A DNA stretch of 39,677 nt from assembly GCA_964630685.1 (NCBI GenBank), contig CAZVVW010000009.1, positions 1 to 39,677 on the forward strand. Direction: 5' to 3'. Below are positions 28,519 to 38,670 of this stretch, piece by piece; position 1 is the stretch's first letter; each line of letters begins with the position of its first letter. The position numbers and the translations under genes were made by a program. Below the pieces are notes generated by a model, which worked only from the letters and a program-made list of their open reading frames with translations, had not been told where the DNA came from and ran no database searches. The DNA comes from an uncultured Methanosarcinales archaeon. Lineage in GTDB: Archaea > Nanobdellota > Nanobdellia > Woesearchaeales > BS150m-G63.

Positions 28519-29727
28519 ATGGAAACCAAACTCCAAGATAAACTAGATGGAAATGCTTTTTCTGATTATAAAATTCAGATAAACACAATAGTTGATGATT
28601 GTTTAAAGGATACTGGAGATTTAAAACAAAAATTTCCAAATAATACTTTTGATGAAGATTATATGCTTATATTAAGGGCATTTGTCCCATCATTGGATAT
28701 AATTATTAAAGACACTAAAAAGAAACACAATTCTAAAAAATTAGAGTTATTAGTTATAGAAGAATTCCCACTTGAATCACCTCAAGAAATAACTAAAGAC
28801 ATTTACAAAAAAGGAAAAAAAACAAACTACCAAAACGAAATTAAATTATTAAAAGAATTAAGGGAAAAAGGTTTAGTTAAAGATATTCAAGATAAATTAA
28901 TTAATATTTTAATATCTAAGGGTAAATTAACTTCAGAGGAAATAAAAGATCATACCACACTTAATAAAAAATTGAGTCACCAATTTTTAGAATGGTTATC
29001 TAATCCAAGAGACAATGTCCAATCATTCATTCAGGAAAAATATGATAAATATGAAAATATATTTTCACAATTTGAAGAAAAAGAATTAAATTATCAACTA
29101 AAAAATATTTTGATAAAAGTGTTTGAAAGAAGAATTCAGGCATCTAAAGTAAAAGAATATATTCAAAATAATTATAAAAAATACTTAAGCGAATTTAATA
29201 ATAATAAAATAAAGGCAAAATTATGTGCTATTGTTGAATTGGGAGAAACAAATAATAAAAACTGGTTAAAAGATAGCCTTTATTCTGAATACAACACATT
29301 CAAAAATAAATCCAATCTTTTTAAAGAATTAAATAGTGCAGAAAGGGTAATTTTAGCTGAAATAGTGCCAAAGAATCTTTCAACATACCATGGAGAAATT
29401 GGGGGTAAAACAATAAAATTGAGTTCATATCAAAATATTAATTTAGAATTTAATCTTACCCAAGCATTCGAATTAGCTAAAAAATATGACGACGATAAAA
29501 TATTTAAAACAGTAAGGGAAAGTCTTCTAAAAACAATTATTTCAAGAAGATATATTTTTAAAGAAGCTATTGATACAATTATTAATTACAGAGAAAAACA
29601 AACCAACATACCTCTTGATAAATTTAGAAATGATAATACTTTTAGAGAATTAATCTATAAAGAATTCTTTTATGATTCTAAAGAAATATTACAAAAAACT
29701 CATAATTTATTAAATCTAAAAAAATAG
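28519..29727 (+). CDS. Hypothetical protein (K/E/N-rich, probably helical)
   Basis: 402-codon ORF with a GGGGA SD-like site; no motif recognised. Confidence 0.7.
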   Translation: METKLQDKLDGNAFSDYKIQINTIVDDCLKDTGDLKQKFPNNTFDEDYMLILRAFVPSLDIIIKDTKKKHNSKKLELLVIEEFPLESPQEITKDIYKKGKKTNYQNEIKLLKELREKGLVKDIQDKLINILISKGKLTSEEIKDHTTLNKKLSHQFLEWLSNPRDNVQSFIQEKYDKYENIFSQFEEKELNYQLKNILIKVFERRIQASKVKEYIQNNYKKYLSEFNNNKIKAKLCAIVELGETNNKNWLKDSLYSEYNTFKNKSNLFKELNSAERVILAEIVPKNLSTYHGEIGGKTIKLSSYQNINLEFNLTQAFELAKKYDDDKIFKTVRESLLKTIISRRYIFKEAIDTIINYREKQTNIPLDKFRNDNTFRELIYKEFFYDSKEILQKTHNLLNLKK

Positions 29728-29746
29728 AAATTTAAATCTATTAAAT

Positions 29747-30328
29747 TCACCAATTTCTTTTAATTGGAGACCTTTCAAATTTAATCACACTTTTTTTATC
29801 TTTTAAACCCCTTAAACCCATCAAAGAAATAAATTTAGAAAACAATTCATGAGTTGCTTTTACATCACTCATTGCTCTGTGTGCAGTAATATTTACAATT
29901 CCAAAATGTTCGCATAGGTTAGAAAGTTTTTTACTTCCTAAATCAGGCAATAACCGATTAGCCAATTTTCGCGTACACAATCTTTCATTTTCAACCAACA
30001 AATCTAAGTGAGTCTCGGCATTATGACTAATAAATCCATAATCAAATGTTGCATTATGGGCAACAAGAACATTACTTCCTAAAAATTTTAAAAAAACAGG
30101 AAGCACTTTTTCAATTGGTTGAGCATCTTTCACCATATCATCTGTAATTCCAGTGAGACGAGTTATAAATTTAGGGATTGGCTTGAGTGGATTAACCAAC
30201 ATCTGAAACTCACCAACAATTCTATTATTCTTTACCCTTACAGCTGCAATTTCAGTTATGTTATGTTTATATTTAGAAAGTCCAGTTGTTTCAATATCCA
30301 CTATCACATATTCCTCGTTTTTCAACAA
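29747..30328 (-). CDS. DEDDh 3'-5' exonuclease (DnaQ/PolC exo-like); likely start TTG near 30328 rather than 30424
   Basis: VDIETTG, VAHNATFD, AHRAMSD; GGTGG SD-like site before the TTG. Confidence 0.9.
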   Translation of the reverse strand: MLKNEEYVIVDIETTGLSKYKHNITEIAAVRVKNNRIVGEFQMLVNPLKPIPKFITRLTGITDDMVKDAQPIEKVLPVFLKFLGSNVLVAHNATFDYGFISHNAETHLDLLVENERLCTRKLANRLLPDLGSKKLSNLCEHFGIVNITAHRAMSDVKATHELFSKFISLMGLRGLKDKKSVIKFERSPIKRNW

Positions 30329-30512
30329 TACCACCAGTTTTATAAAAAAATGCAAAAAATGTATTAACAACAAACTCAGAACTAATATATAAATTTTGGC
30401 TACAAAAATCAGCAAAATTTTCAACTAACTAACCAACTTTTTCAAAAAATACCTTAGTATTTACGATAACTTATCAATTATAAATATAAACATCAAATCA
30501 TTAATCTAACGC

Positions 30513-31712
30513 ATGTATCTAGAATTATTGCTCTTAACTTTTGCAGGAATCTTTTTTGGCATAATAACTGGTCTCACACCAGGAATCCACATAAATTTAA
30601 TCTCTTTATCATTACTCAGCCTCTCGCCATTTCTTTTATCATATGTTAATGTAATATCACTTGCAGTTTTCATAATCTCAATGTCAGTAACACACACTTT
30701 TCTTGATTCAATTCCTTCAATATTTCTTGGCGCACCAGAAGCAGCAACAGCTTTAGGTGTATTACCCGGTCACAGATACCTCCTAAAAGGAAATGGATTA
30801 ATGGCACTTAAATTAACAATAATTGGATCCTTTGGTGCATTAATTCTAAGCATAATATTATTCCCATTAATTCTGCCAATAATAAAATTTATTTATCCTC
30901 TAATAAAAGACTACATCGGCTGGCTTTTACTTTTAGTAGTCATATTTATGATATTAAGAGATAAATTCAAAATTTGGGCACTCTTTATATTTCTTCTTTC
31001 AGGGATATTTGGACTTTTAGTTTTTAATTTGAATCTAAAAAATCCTCTTTTTCCAATGCTTTCGGGATTGTTTGGTGTGAGCACATTATTAATATCTTTA
31101 TCTCAGAACCAAAAAATACCAAAACAAAAATACAGTAAAGACATAAAATTAGAACCATCAAAAACAATACAAGCTCTTGGTTCTGGACAATTTTCTGGAT
31201 TTCTCACTTCAATGTTTCCTGGATTAGGGGCAGCTCAAGCAGCAGTGCTATCAATGCAAATAACTCCCAATCTTGGTGATCATGGGTTTATGGTACTAAT
31301 TGGCTCAATAAACACAGCAAATTTCACAATGAGTTTAGCAACATTATATGTTCTTAACAAAGCAAGAAATGGTTCAGTAGTAGCAATCTCTAAACTCATG
31401 GAATCCATCAATATTACACATATTCTTCTTTTTCTATTTACAGCATTAATTGCAGGTTCAGTAGCAGTTTTTTTAGCATTAAAGATAGGAAAAATATTTG
31501 CAGAACTAATTAGTAAAGTGAATTACAGAATACTCATAATATCAATAATTCTTTTTATAACTACACTAACAATTATTTTAACAGGGCCACTAGGTTTCTT
31601 TGTATTAATTGTCTCAACATCAATAGGAATTATTCCAGCAATTGTAAAAACAACAAGAACTCACGGCATGGGTTGTTTGTTATTGCCTGTTATGATTTAT
31701 TTTTTGTTATAG
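30513..31712 (+). CDS. TctA-like (DUF112) archaeal integral membrane protein
   Basis: GIITGLTPGIHIN, FLDSIPSIFLGAP, LPGHRYL..G; about 11 TMs. Confidence 0.85.
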   Translation: MYLELLLLTFAGIFFGIITGLTPGIHINLISLSLLSLSPFLLSYVNVISLAVFIISMSVTHTFLDSIPSIFLGAPEAATALGVLPGHRYLLKGNGLMALKLTIIGSFGALILSIILFPLILPIIKFIYPLIKDYIGWLLLLVVIFMILRDKFKIWALFIFLLSGIFGLLVFNLNLKNPLFPMLSGLFGVSTLLISLSQNQKIPKQKYSKDIKLEPSKTIQALGSGQFSGFLTSMFPGLGAAQAAVLSMQITPNLGDHGFMVLIGSINTANFTMSLATLYVLNKARNGSVVAISKLMESINITHILLFLFTALIAGSVAVFLALKIGKIFAELISKVNYRILIISIILFITTLTIILTGPLGFFVLIVSTSIGIIPAIVKTTRTHGMGCLLLPVMIYFLL

Positions 31713-31773
31713 ATCTCGCATTAATTTCTTTATGGGAAAATTTATATAATTCTAGATTAATTAAAAAAGTAAA

Positions 31774-32595
31774 ATGAATTTTTTTAAATTTTTAAATCAG
31801 AAACTCAAAAAGGAATGCCTTATTTCTGTCATGATGCCTGCTTATAATAAGGGAGAGTATATCGAAGAAGCAATTAATTCAGTGTTGAATCAAACTTATT
31901 CAAATTGGGAATTAATTATAGTCGATGATGGGTCTACAGATAATACAAATAAAATTGCAGAAGAATTTTCTAAGAAAGATAACAGAATAAAATATCATAG
32001 AAATAATATTAATTTAGGAATTCCAAAAACAAGAAATATTGCACTTAATTTAGCAAAAGGAGAGTTTATGGGTTTCATAGATTCTGATGATAGATTAGTA
32101 AAAAATTCATTAAAAAGAGCATCTACTTACATAAAAAAATATCCAGATGTAAATCTATTCTATTCAAAAATATTTGTTATAGATAAAGAGGGAAATATAA
32201 ATTACGAACAAGGTAAATATCACGAAAAAGAATATTTAAAAAAATTAAAAGTGATTAACACTCACTTATCTATATTCAATAGAAACTTAGCAATAGAATG
32301 CGGAGGATTTAATGAAAATTTAATCACATGTTCAGACACAAACCTATGGATGAAATTATATTTAAAAACTAAAAAGATAAAATACATTGATGAACCGCTC
32401 TACGAATATAGAATACATGATGAAAACACATCACTTAAAAAAAATTCCTTAAGGTGTAGTCAATGCAGAAAATACAAATATTGTATAATACATGTAGCAT
32501 TAGAAGATTATAGATTTGCTGGTATAAATCCTGAAGATACTGAGATTGAATTTGTAAACCAGTATTTTCCAGAAGCAATAAGAGAGATAAAATAA
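31774..32595 (+). CDS. GT2 family glycosyltransferase with C-terminal Cys motif
   Basis: ISVMMPAYN, VDDGSTD, IDSDD, SDTNLW, YRIH; tail CSQCRKYKYC; BRE/TATA GAAAATTTATATA at 31736-31748. Confidence 0.9.
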   Translation: MNFFKFLNQKLKKECLISVMMPAYNKGEYIEEAINSVLNQTYSNWELIIVDDGSTDNTNKIAEEFSKKDNRIKYHRNNINLGIPKTRNIALNLAKGEFMGFIDSDDRLVKNSLKRASTYIKKYPDVNLFYSKIFVIDKEGNINYEQGKYHEKEYLKKLKVINTHLSIFNRNLAIECGGFNENLITCSDTNLWMKLYLKTKKIKYIDEPLYEYRIHDENTSLKKNSLRCSQCRKYKYCIIHVALEDYRFAGINPEDTEIEFVNQYFPEAIREIK

Positions 32596-32596
32596 T

Positions 32597-33550
32597 ATGT
32601 CAATACTAATAAGCTATCTAACAACAAAATGTAACTTTCGTTGTAAACATTGTATGAGAGATTTTTCTAAAGATAGAGATGTAGATATAAAAATATTAGA
32701 AAAAGCAATTATTGGAGCAAAAGAAAGAGGAATAAATACAATATCATTAACTGGTGGAGAACCAATACTACATGAAAGTTTTGAAAAAATATTAGAAATG
32801 ATAAATAAACATAATTTCCTATACTCTATCGTAACAAATGGGTCTAATACTAAGAAATATATAGAAATAATAAAAAAATATCCTGGATTTACTTCATTCT
32901 CATTTAGTTTAGATGGGTCAACACCTGAAATAAATGATATAATCAGAATGAAAGGATCTTATAATTTTGTTATGGAGTCAATTGAATTATGTAAAGAAAA
33001 TAATTTACCATTTGTTATAGCCAGTACAATTGGAACAAAAAATTTTGACGATCTTAAGAATATTATATCAGTTGCTAAAGAAAAAAATGCTTCTTGTTTA
33101 GTATTATCAACTGTCTTAGGAAATCCTAACGCCAAATCAAATAATATGGTTCTAGATTGGAAAAAGAGAGAGAAATTATTTAAGAAAGCAAAAAAATTAG
33201 TTAAAAAGAATAAAGACTTCCCAATATATCCTGGATCTCCAATTGGAACCGAAGATGGAATTAATCCAAGATTATGCGGTGTTATGAATCTGAATTTCAT
33301 AACACTAGATGTTGATGGGAACATAAATTTCTGTTGTAATCTTGCAGACTATAGTACCGAGAATGGAGCATCAAAAGAACCAATTATTGCTTCATTAAAT
33401 GAATTAACATTTTCAGAAGCGATTGAAGAATACAAAAAAAGGACTATATCTTTTTTAAAAGATAGACCTGATGACTATTCTGAATTCGAAGGAAATAAAA
33501 TAAATTATAATAGTTGTTTTTATTGCTTAAAAAAATTTAACCTAGATTAA
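32597..33550 (+). CDS. Radical SAM protein with twitch/SPASM-like C-terminal cysteines
   Basis: CNFRCKHC, TGGEP, TNG, SLDG; LCG...DGNINFCC...CFYC. Confidence 0.88.
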   Translation: MSILISYLTTKCNFRCKHCMRDFSKDRDVDIKILEKAIIGAKERGINTISLTGGEPILHESFEKILEMINKHNFLYSIVTNGSNTKKYIEIIKKYPGFTSFSFSLDGSTPEINDIIRMKGSYNFVMESIELCKENNLPFVIASTIGTKNFDDLKNIISVAKEKNASCLVLSTVLGNPNAKSNNMVLDWKKREKLFKKAKKLVKKNKDFPIYPGSPIGTEDGINPRLCGVMNLNFITLDVDGNINFCCNLADYSTENGASKEPIIASLNELTFSEAIEEYKKRTISFLKDRPDDYSEFEGNKINYNSCFYCLKKFNLD

Positions 33551-33551
33551 A

Positions 33552-34586
33552 ATGTATAAACCAACAGCACTTTCATTATATCTGACACAATATTGTCCAC
33601 TTAAATGCAAATATTGTATTTTCGGAACTCAAGAAAAACAACATATGCCAAAAGAATATGCAATTAAAAGAATAAGAGAAGCAAAAGAACTAAAAGTTTC
33701 ACATGTCGTTTTTACAGGTGGAGAACCAACACTTCATCCAGACTTTTTAGAAATATTCAAAGAAATAAAAAATCAGAATATGAGTGTGTTACTTGTAACA
33801 AATGGAATTCCAATCAAAGAAGAAATACTAAAAGAAGTTACAGATTACGAACAATCAACATTTTATTTCTCACTAGATTGTCATGATAAAAAAATAAATG
33901 ACAAGTATAGAGATGAGAAATCGTTTGATTACGTTGTAAAAACTATTGAAAAAATAAGAGACATAAATTCAAATAAATTTATTGGTGTAAACAGTATTCT
34001 GCTTAAGGAAACTTTAGAACAATTACCTAAAACTACAGAATTCATATTAAATGAATTAAAGGCCAACACATTAAGTGTTGAAAGAGTAATTAGAGTTGGA
34101 AATTCCGAAAAAATACCTGATGAATGGATAATAAAAGATATGAAAGACTATTTCAAAACAATAGAAGAACTTAAACAAAAATATCAAGATAGATTTAGGT
34201 GTTATACTTGTGATTTACATAGTTGCCTTCTTGATAATCTCCATTCATTTAATATACTTGCATTTCCCGATAAAAAGATATATCTCTGTTGCAATTTACC
34301 TGACAAAAGATTAAAAATAGGTGACGAAAATAATTCTTTAAAAGATATATTAAAAGAAGAAAATATAAAAAAAACAGCAAAACTTTTTAACAAATGTTTT
34401 TTCAAAAATCAAACCAATATAAGGACTAAAAAAGGGATATTTGGATGTGTAGAATGTGTAGAAGAATATAAAAAACTAAGAGATTCAGGAGAACTGGATA
34501 ATATAATTAAATTATCTAAACAACCAAGATTAAAAGAAAAATTAAAACAAAAAGCATACGGGTTTATTGATAGAATATTGGGATAG
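33552..34586 (+). CDS. Radical SAM protein with twitch/SPASM-like C-terminal cysteines
   Basis: CPLKCKYC, TGGEP, TNG, SLD; CYTCDLHSC...IYLCC...CVEC. Confidence 0.88.
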   Translation: MYKPTALSLYLTQYCPLKCKYCIFGTQEKQHMPKEYAIKRIREAKELKVSHVVFTGGEPTLHPDFLEIFKEIKNQNMSVLLVTNGIPIKEEILKEVTDYEQSTFYFSLDCHDKKINDKYRDEKSFDYVVKTIEKIRDINSNKFIGVNSILLKETLEQLPKTTEFILNELKANTLSVERVIRVGNSEKIPDEWIIKDMKDYFKTIEELKQKYQDRFRCYTCDLHSCLLDNLHSFNILAFPDKKIYLCCNLPDKRLKIGDENNSLKDILKEENIKKTAKLFNKCFFKNQTNIRTKKGIFGCVECVEEYKKLRDSGELDNIIKLSKQPRLKEKLKQKAYGFIDRILG

Positions 34587-34639
34587 TCCATATCATCTAT
34601 AGAAAGTTTTTTAAATCATTCATTTCTCCCATAATCAAT

Positions 34640-34903
34640 ATGGAAGCAATAATCAGTAATTTTAGAAGATCAAGGCACACAACTTATGATAATCATATGA
34701 TCATTTTAGTTGATGGTGTAGATAATAGGGAAAAAGCAGCTAAATTAATTGGTAAGTCAGTAACTTGGATTGCTCCAGGAAAAGAAAAAAAAGAGTTTAA
34801 AGGAAAAATAAGCGCAGCTCACGGTAACAAAGGCGCACTAAGAGTTCTTTTTGAAAAAGGTATGCCTGGTCAAAGCGTTGGCAATAAAGTAAATATTGCT
34901 TAA
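34640..34903 (+). CDS. rpl35ae: 50S ribosomal protein L35Ae
   Basis: FRRSRH, GKISAAHGNKGALRVLF..GMPGQ. Confidence 0.93.
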   Translation: MEAIISNFRRSRHTTYDNHMIILVDGVDNREKAAKLIGKSVTWIAPGKEKKEFKGKISAAHGNKGALRVLFEKGMPGQSVGNKVNIA

Positions 34904-35066
34904 ACTATCTTTAATAAGTAAGTTCTACAAAAATTATTTAAACTTCTATTATTAATTTACTTTTATACCAAAAGATTTTTTATCTTTTTGTATAACTTCA
35001 AGACACAGTCTCTAAGACTTTGCAAAAAACAAAGCCCTGAAGATTTAATTTATTAAATCTTCTTGA

Positions 35067-35668
35067 TAAAAACAGGTGTTTTATGTTGAGCATAAAGAAA
35101 CTACTATTTATTTTACCAATTTTATTTACCATTCCTTCAGCTTTAGCTGTAGAATTGCCAGATGTTTCTGGTTTAATTGGGAGTATTGGTTCCAATGTTT
35201 GGAACATGCTCCAAAATGACATGACTGTTTTCTTTTTCACATTCATATTCTTCTTTATCTTACTTTATGGAATATACGCAGCAGCATTAAGAAAAGTAAA
35301 GGTATTTTCAGAAGGAGATACTCTAAACAGACAAGGAAAATTAGTTGCAGTAGCATTTGCAATGCTTTCTTCTTTTGCAATCTTTTTTGTAACAAGAGAG
35401 CAAGGAATAAGAGCCTTTCTCAACAATATTTTAGAACCATTAGGATTATTTGCAGGAGTTCTTTTAGGAATTACAGTTTTTTCAATTATTTACTTTGGAT
35501 TTAGAAACCCTTCAGGAGAAAAGAACTGGAAAGCAGCAATGGCTGCAGCAGGTTTAGGTATGATTGTCGCTGGAATGATAACTGACAGCCCAGGAGCTGT
35601 ATCTTGGGGATGGTTATTAATAATAATTGCAGCAATCTTTGCTTTAATAGGATTGTTTGGCGGTGGAA
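35067..35668 (+). repeat. 602-bp direct repeat, copy 1
   Basis: No difference found by eye versus 38775-39376 (offset 3708); covers the SD and first 195 codons. Confidence 0.95.
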
Positions 35669-36123
35669 TACCTGGAAGAAGGAGTCCACCTCCACCACCT
35701 CCACCACCCCCACCACAAGAAAATCAAGATGATCAGATAACAGCACATCTAAACCAAATAGATTCTATATTAGTCAATTTACAAAATAATTACAATGATT
35801 TAATCATAGCATGCGACGAAATACTTCAAACAAACCACGATTACCATTCAGGATTTGTTGGTTCAGCTCCAGCTCCAGGAACTCATCCACCGACTGCAAC
35901 CCAATGGGGTAGAGCATTAGATGACTACAGAAATTTTATCCATTTATCAGATAGGATAAATCAATTATTTGATGAAATAGCAAATTTATCAAGCCCAGAA
36001 AGGGAAGATTTGCGTAATCGTTTACAACAGACTCTTTCAAATTTTAGAAGTTTAATCAATAATTTTTCAAATTATGATAATGATTTTAGGGTAAGATTGA
36101 ATTCAAATCAACCACCAGCATAA
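35083..36123 (+). CDS. Signal peptide + about 5-TM membrane module, poly-Pro linker, helical C-terminal domain
   Basis: PSALA|VE cleavage-like site, five hydrophobic segments, GGG hinge, P10 tract, N/Q/D-rich amphipathic helices. Confidence 0.85.
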   Translation: MLSIKKLLFILPILFTIPSALAVELPDVSGLIGSIGSNVWNMLQNDMTVFFFTFIFFFILLYGIYAAALRKVKVFSEGDTLNRQGKLVAVAFAMLSSFAIFFVTREQGIRAFLNNILEPLGLFAGVLLGITVFSIIYFGFRNPSGEKNWKAAMAAAGLGMIVAGMITDSPGAVSWGWLLIIIAAIFALIGLFGGGIPGRRSPPPPPPPPPPQENQDDQITAHLNQIDSILVNLQNNYNDLIIACDEILQTNHDYHSGFVGSAPAPGTHPPTATQWGRALDDYRNFIHLSDRINQLFDEIANLSSPEREDLRNRLQQTLSNFRSLINNFSNYDNDFRVRLNSNQPPA

Positions 36124-36125
36124 AA

Positions 36126-38309
36126 ATGGAAAAAAGTGAAATAGAATTAAGAAAAGAATTTTTAGATATGATTAATCAAAATCAGGGAAACAGAATCATA
36201 TCTAATTTTACAGAAATATTATTAAATATGATGCAGAGAGGAATAATGGCTGATTATGACTTAAATTCTTTAATTCAAGGATTAAACACCCAAGCGATAA
36301 GTTTATCCCATTCACATAAAAGAAGCTTATTAACTAATACTAAAAAAAGATTTGAAGAGTCTCGTGAACGAAAAAAATATCTAGAAAAAAAATTAAAAGA
36401 AATTAACAAGGGTAATACGATTTTAAATCTTAAAACAAATCTTATAAATATAAAACAATTTTTTGAAACCATAGATAATTTCTTTTGGGAAAAAAAAGAA
36501 CACCTAAATAAAAAACAACTAATTAAACTAAATGAAACTCTTTTAGATCTTTTAACATATTTAAGAGATGCAGTAGATTTACTTGAATACTTAAAATCAG
36601 ATAAACTCAATGAACAAGATTTAGCAAAATTAAAGAATTACCAAACACACATAAGTCAATGTATCAAAATAATAAATAAACTAATCGATCAATCAGAAAA
36701 TTTAATTTATTTATTAGATAAAAAACATAAAGAAACATTGAATAAACAAGAGGGAGATTATCTTTTAGATAAAAAAGTTATATTGTATTTATTAAATTTA
36801 ATGGATATCATCATAAAAACATTAGATTATTTTGATGAAACAAATCCTCAAGGAATATCTCAGTTCTTTCAATCTAATATACATATTTCAATTAATAGGG
36901 AAGGGGAATTAATGCAATTATTAAAGAATTTTGAAAAAGAACTAAGAGTATTCCAGTCTCATAAAAGTAATTATAATGTAACTAGAATCACACCTTTGAT
37001 ATATAGTTCAATACATAAACATAATGTTTCTTTGTTTTTTCAAGCAGGAGAAAAATCAGGTTTAAGAGTTACATATGGATTAATACTCAATGGACTTAAA
37101 AAAAGAAATCTTTCTGTTTACAGGATAGCAATAGCAGAAAATTCTAATATTTCACTAAGTGACGCTTTAATTATTCCAAAATCAGATATGGGTAGTGTGA
37201 TTAGGGAATTAAATAACAACATAACAGATAAAAACTATAAACAAATTGAACCAATAATATTAGATTATGTTAGATCCCAACATATATCTAAACAAATAAT
37301 CCTTTTACCCCCTTATTTTTGGAAATTCTTCGAATTTTCCTTAAGTAGCGAAACAAAGAGAATTAAAACATTTCTCTCTTTTGGTCCGGGCAGTATAAGT
37401 AAAGAAGAAGTATCTTGGGAATATTTAGATGGGTTAAAATCAAAAGTTAATTTTTTTGCTAGAAGTCAATTGGCTAAAAAAGGGTTACTGCAAAAAGGAA
37501 TACCAAGAAATAAAATAACTTTAACCACTAATATGTTTAATGAAAACCTGTTAAGAGGGATAACTTTATTGGATAAAGAAGTCCTTAAACAAAAATATTT
37601 TAAAGAAAAATATAAACAGGGAATGGTAGTATTCTCCACTATAGGAAGGATCTCTGGAGAAAAAAACCTTCAAAGCGTATTCTCTGCAATGAAAGATTTT
37701 ATCAAAGAAAAAGAAGATGTATATTTTTTGATTATAGGAGATGTGTTGGGAATAGAATCAGAAGGGATAAAACCTATTTTAGATGATATGTTAAAAGATC
37801 CAATTTGTGCTGAAAAAATAGTTCAAATAAAAGAAGTAGAGCATAAAGAAGCATTAGAATCAATTTATATGTCAGATGTTACATTTGCAGTTTCAGGAAG
37901 AGAAGCATGTAACACCCTTACAATAGAAGCATTGGCCTTAGGGACTTTACCCATAGTATTAAATGCATCAACCTTTCCAGGATTATTTATTGATATTCCT
38001 AAATATGTCAAAGTAGAAAACACAAGATCAGAAATAGCACACGAAGATTCTTATTATGATTCTAGAGGAACAAGTAAAATTCCAAACATAGACGAAACAG
38101 GATATTATAGAATCAATCCAGGTAGAAAATATTGGAGAATATACATTCCAGATTTGGATAGTTTGAAATATCAAATAAAAGAATCATACAACCTATCTAA
38201 GGATACTAAGAAATATCAACGTTGGACAAGGAGATCAATAGAATATGCTTGGCATAATTTTGCTTCCAACAAAGTGCTTAACAAAATCACAAAAGAATTA
38301 GACAAATAA
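36126..38309 (+). CDS. Long helical/coiled-coil N-terminus fused to a GT4 (GT-B) glycosyltransferase domain
   Basis: IGRISGEKNL, FLIIGD, EACNTLTIEALALG (EX7E); first about 280 aa are L/K/E/N-rich; starts 2 nt after the upstream stop. Confidence 0.8.
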   Translation: MEKSEIELRKEFLDMINQNQGNRIISNFTEILLNMMQRGIMADYDLNSLIQGLNTQAISLSHSHKRSLLTNTKKRFEESRERKKYLEKKLKEINKGNTILNLKTNLINIKQFFETIDNFFWEKKEHLNKKQLIKLNETLLDLLTYLRDAVDLLEYLKSDKLNEQDLAKLKNYQTHISQCIKIINKLIDQSENLIYLLDKKHKETLNKQEGDYLLDKKVILYLLNLMDIIIKTLDYFDETNPQGISQFFQSNIHISINREGELMQLLKNFEKELRVFQSHKSNYNVTRITPLIYSSIHKHNVSLFFQAGEKSGLRVTYGLILNGLKKRNLSVYRIAIAENSNISLSDALIIPKSDMGSVIRELNNNITDKNYKQIEPIILDYVRSQHISKQIILLPPYFWKFFEFSLSSETKRIKTFLSFGPGSISKEEVSWEYLDGLKSKVNFFARSQLAKKGLLQKGIPRNKITLTTNMFNENLLRGITLLDKEVLKQKYFKEKYKQGMVVFSTIGRISGEKNLQSVFSAMKDFIKEKEDVYFLIIGDVLGIESEGIKPILDDMLKDPICAEKIVQIKEVEHKEALESIYMSDVTFAVSGREACNTLTIEALALGTLPIVLNASTFPGLFIDIPKYVKVENTRSEIAHEDSYYDSRGTSKIPNIDETGYYRINPGRKYWRIYIPDLDSLKYQIKESYNLSKDTKKYQRWTRRSIEYAWHNFASNKVLNKITKELDK

Positions 38310-38319
38310 ATCAATTCCT

Positions 38320-38670
38320 TCAATAATTTTTAATAATTATTTGTTCTTCTTCAGTTCTATTTCCCCCACCTTCATCCCATATATCTGCATCAATAATATT
38401 GAGAATTTTTTCTAGATTAATAAAATTGTTACTCCCATAAATTTTTTCTTCAGATATGGAGTCTTTATTTTTATCATAAACAGATATAAATTGTTCTCCT
38501 TTATAATCACAATTTCCCATTTCACCAACTCGGTTAACACTTTCTTTTATTTCATAGAGTAATTTATTAGACTTAAATATCTCATAAGAACTAATGTACT
38601 TGCTATCATAATATTCAGAATACAATCTATACATAGATGCTTCCAGCCCTTCTAATTTATTATAATCCAT
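38320..38670 (-). CDS. Small hypothetical protein (ATG 38670 preferred)
   Basis: Fills the intergenic space; GAAAGTTTTATTAAA BRE/TATA about 25 nt upstream of ATG 38670; no motif recognised. Confidence 0.5.
   Translation of the reverse strand: MDYNKLEGLEASMYRLYSEYYDSKYISSYEIFKSNKLLYEIKESVNRVGEMGNCDYKGEQFISVYDKNKDSISEEKIYGSNNFINLEKILNIIDADIWDEGGGNRTEEEQIIIKNY

Noticed and set aside
30329..30424. Hydrophobic N-terminal extension on the DEDDh exonuclease
   Set aside because: Probably AT-rich intergenic sequence read from an upstream TTG; an SD-like site supports the later start.
31774..34586. RiPP biosynthetic cluster
   Set aside because: No precursor peptide, RRE/PqqD, peptidase or exporter is visible; not excluded if these are encoded elsewhere.
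2359..34591. Many antisense or alternate-frame ORFs (e.g. 2662-3288, 9999-10316, 10003-10392, 10109-10741, 16132-17046, 18873-19358, 26494-26862, 32959-33324)
   Set aside because: They overlap well-supported genes and have the F/S/L/I- or K/N-rich composition expected of shadows of A-rich coding strands.
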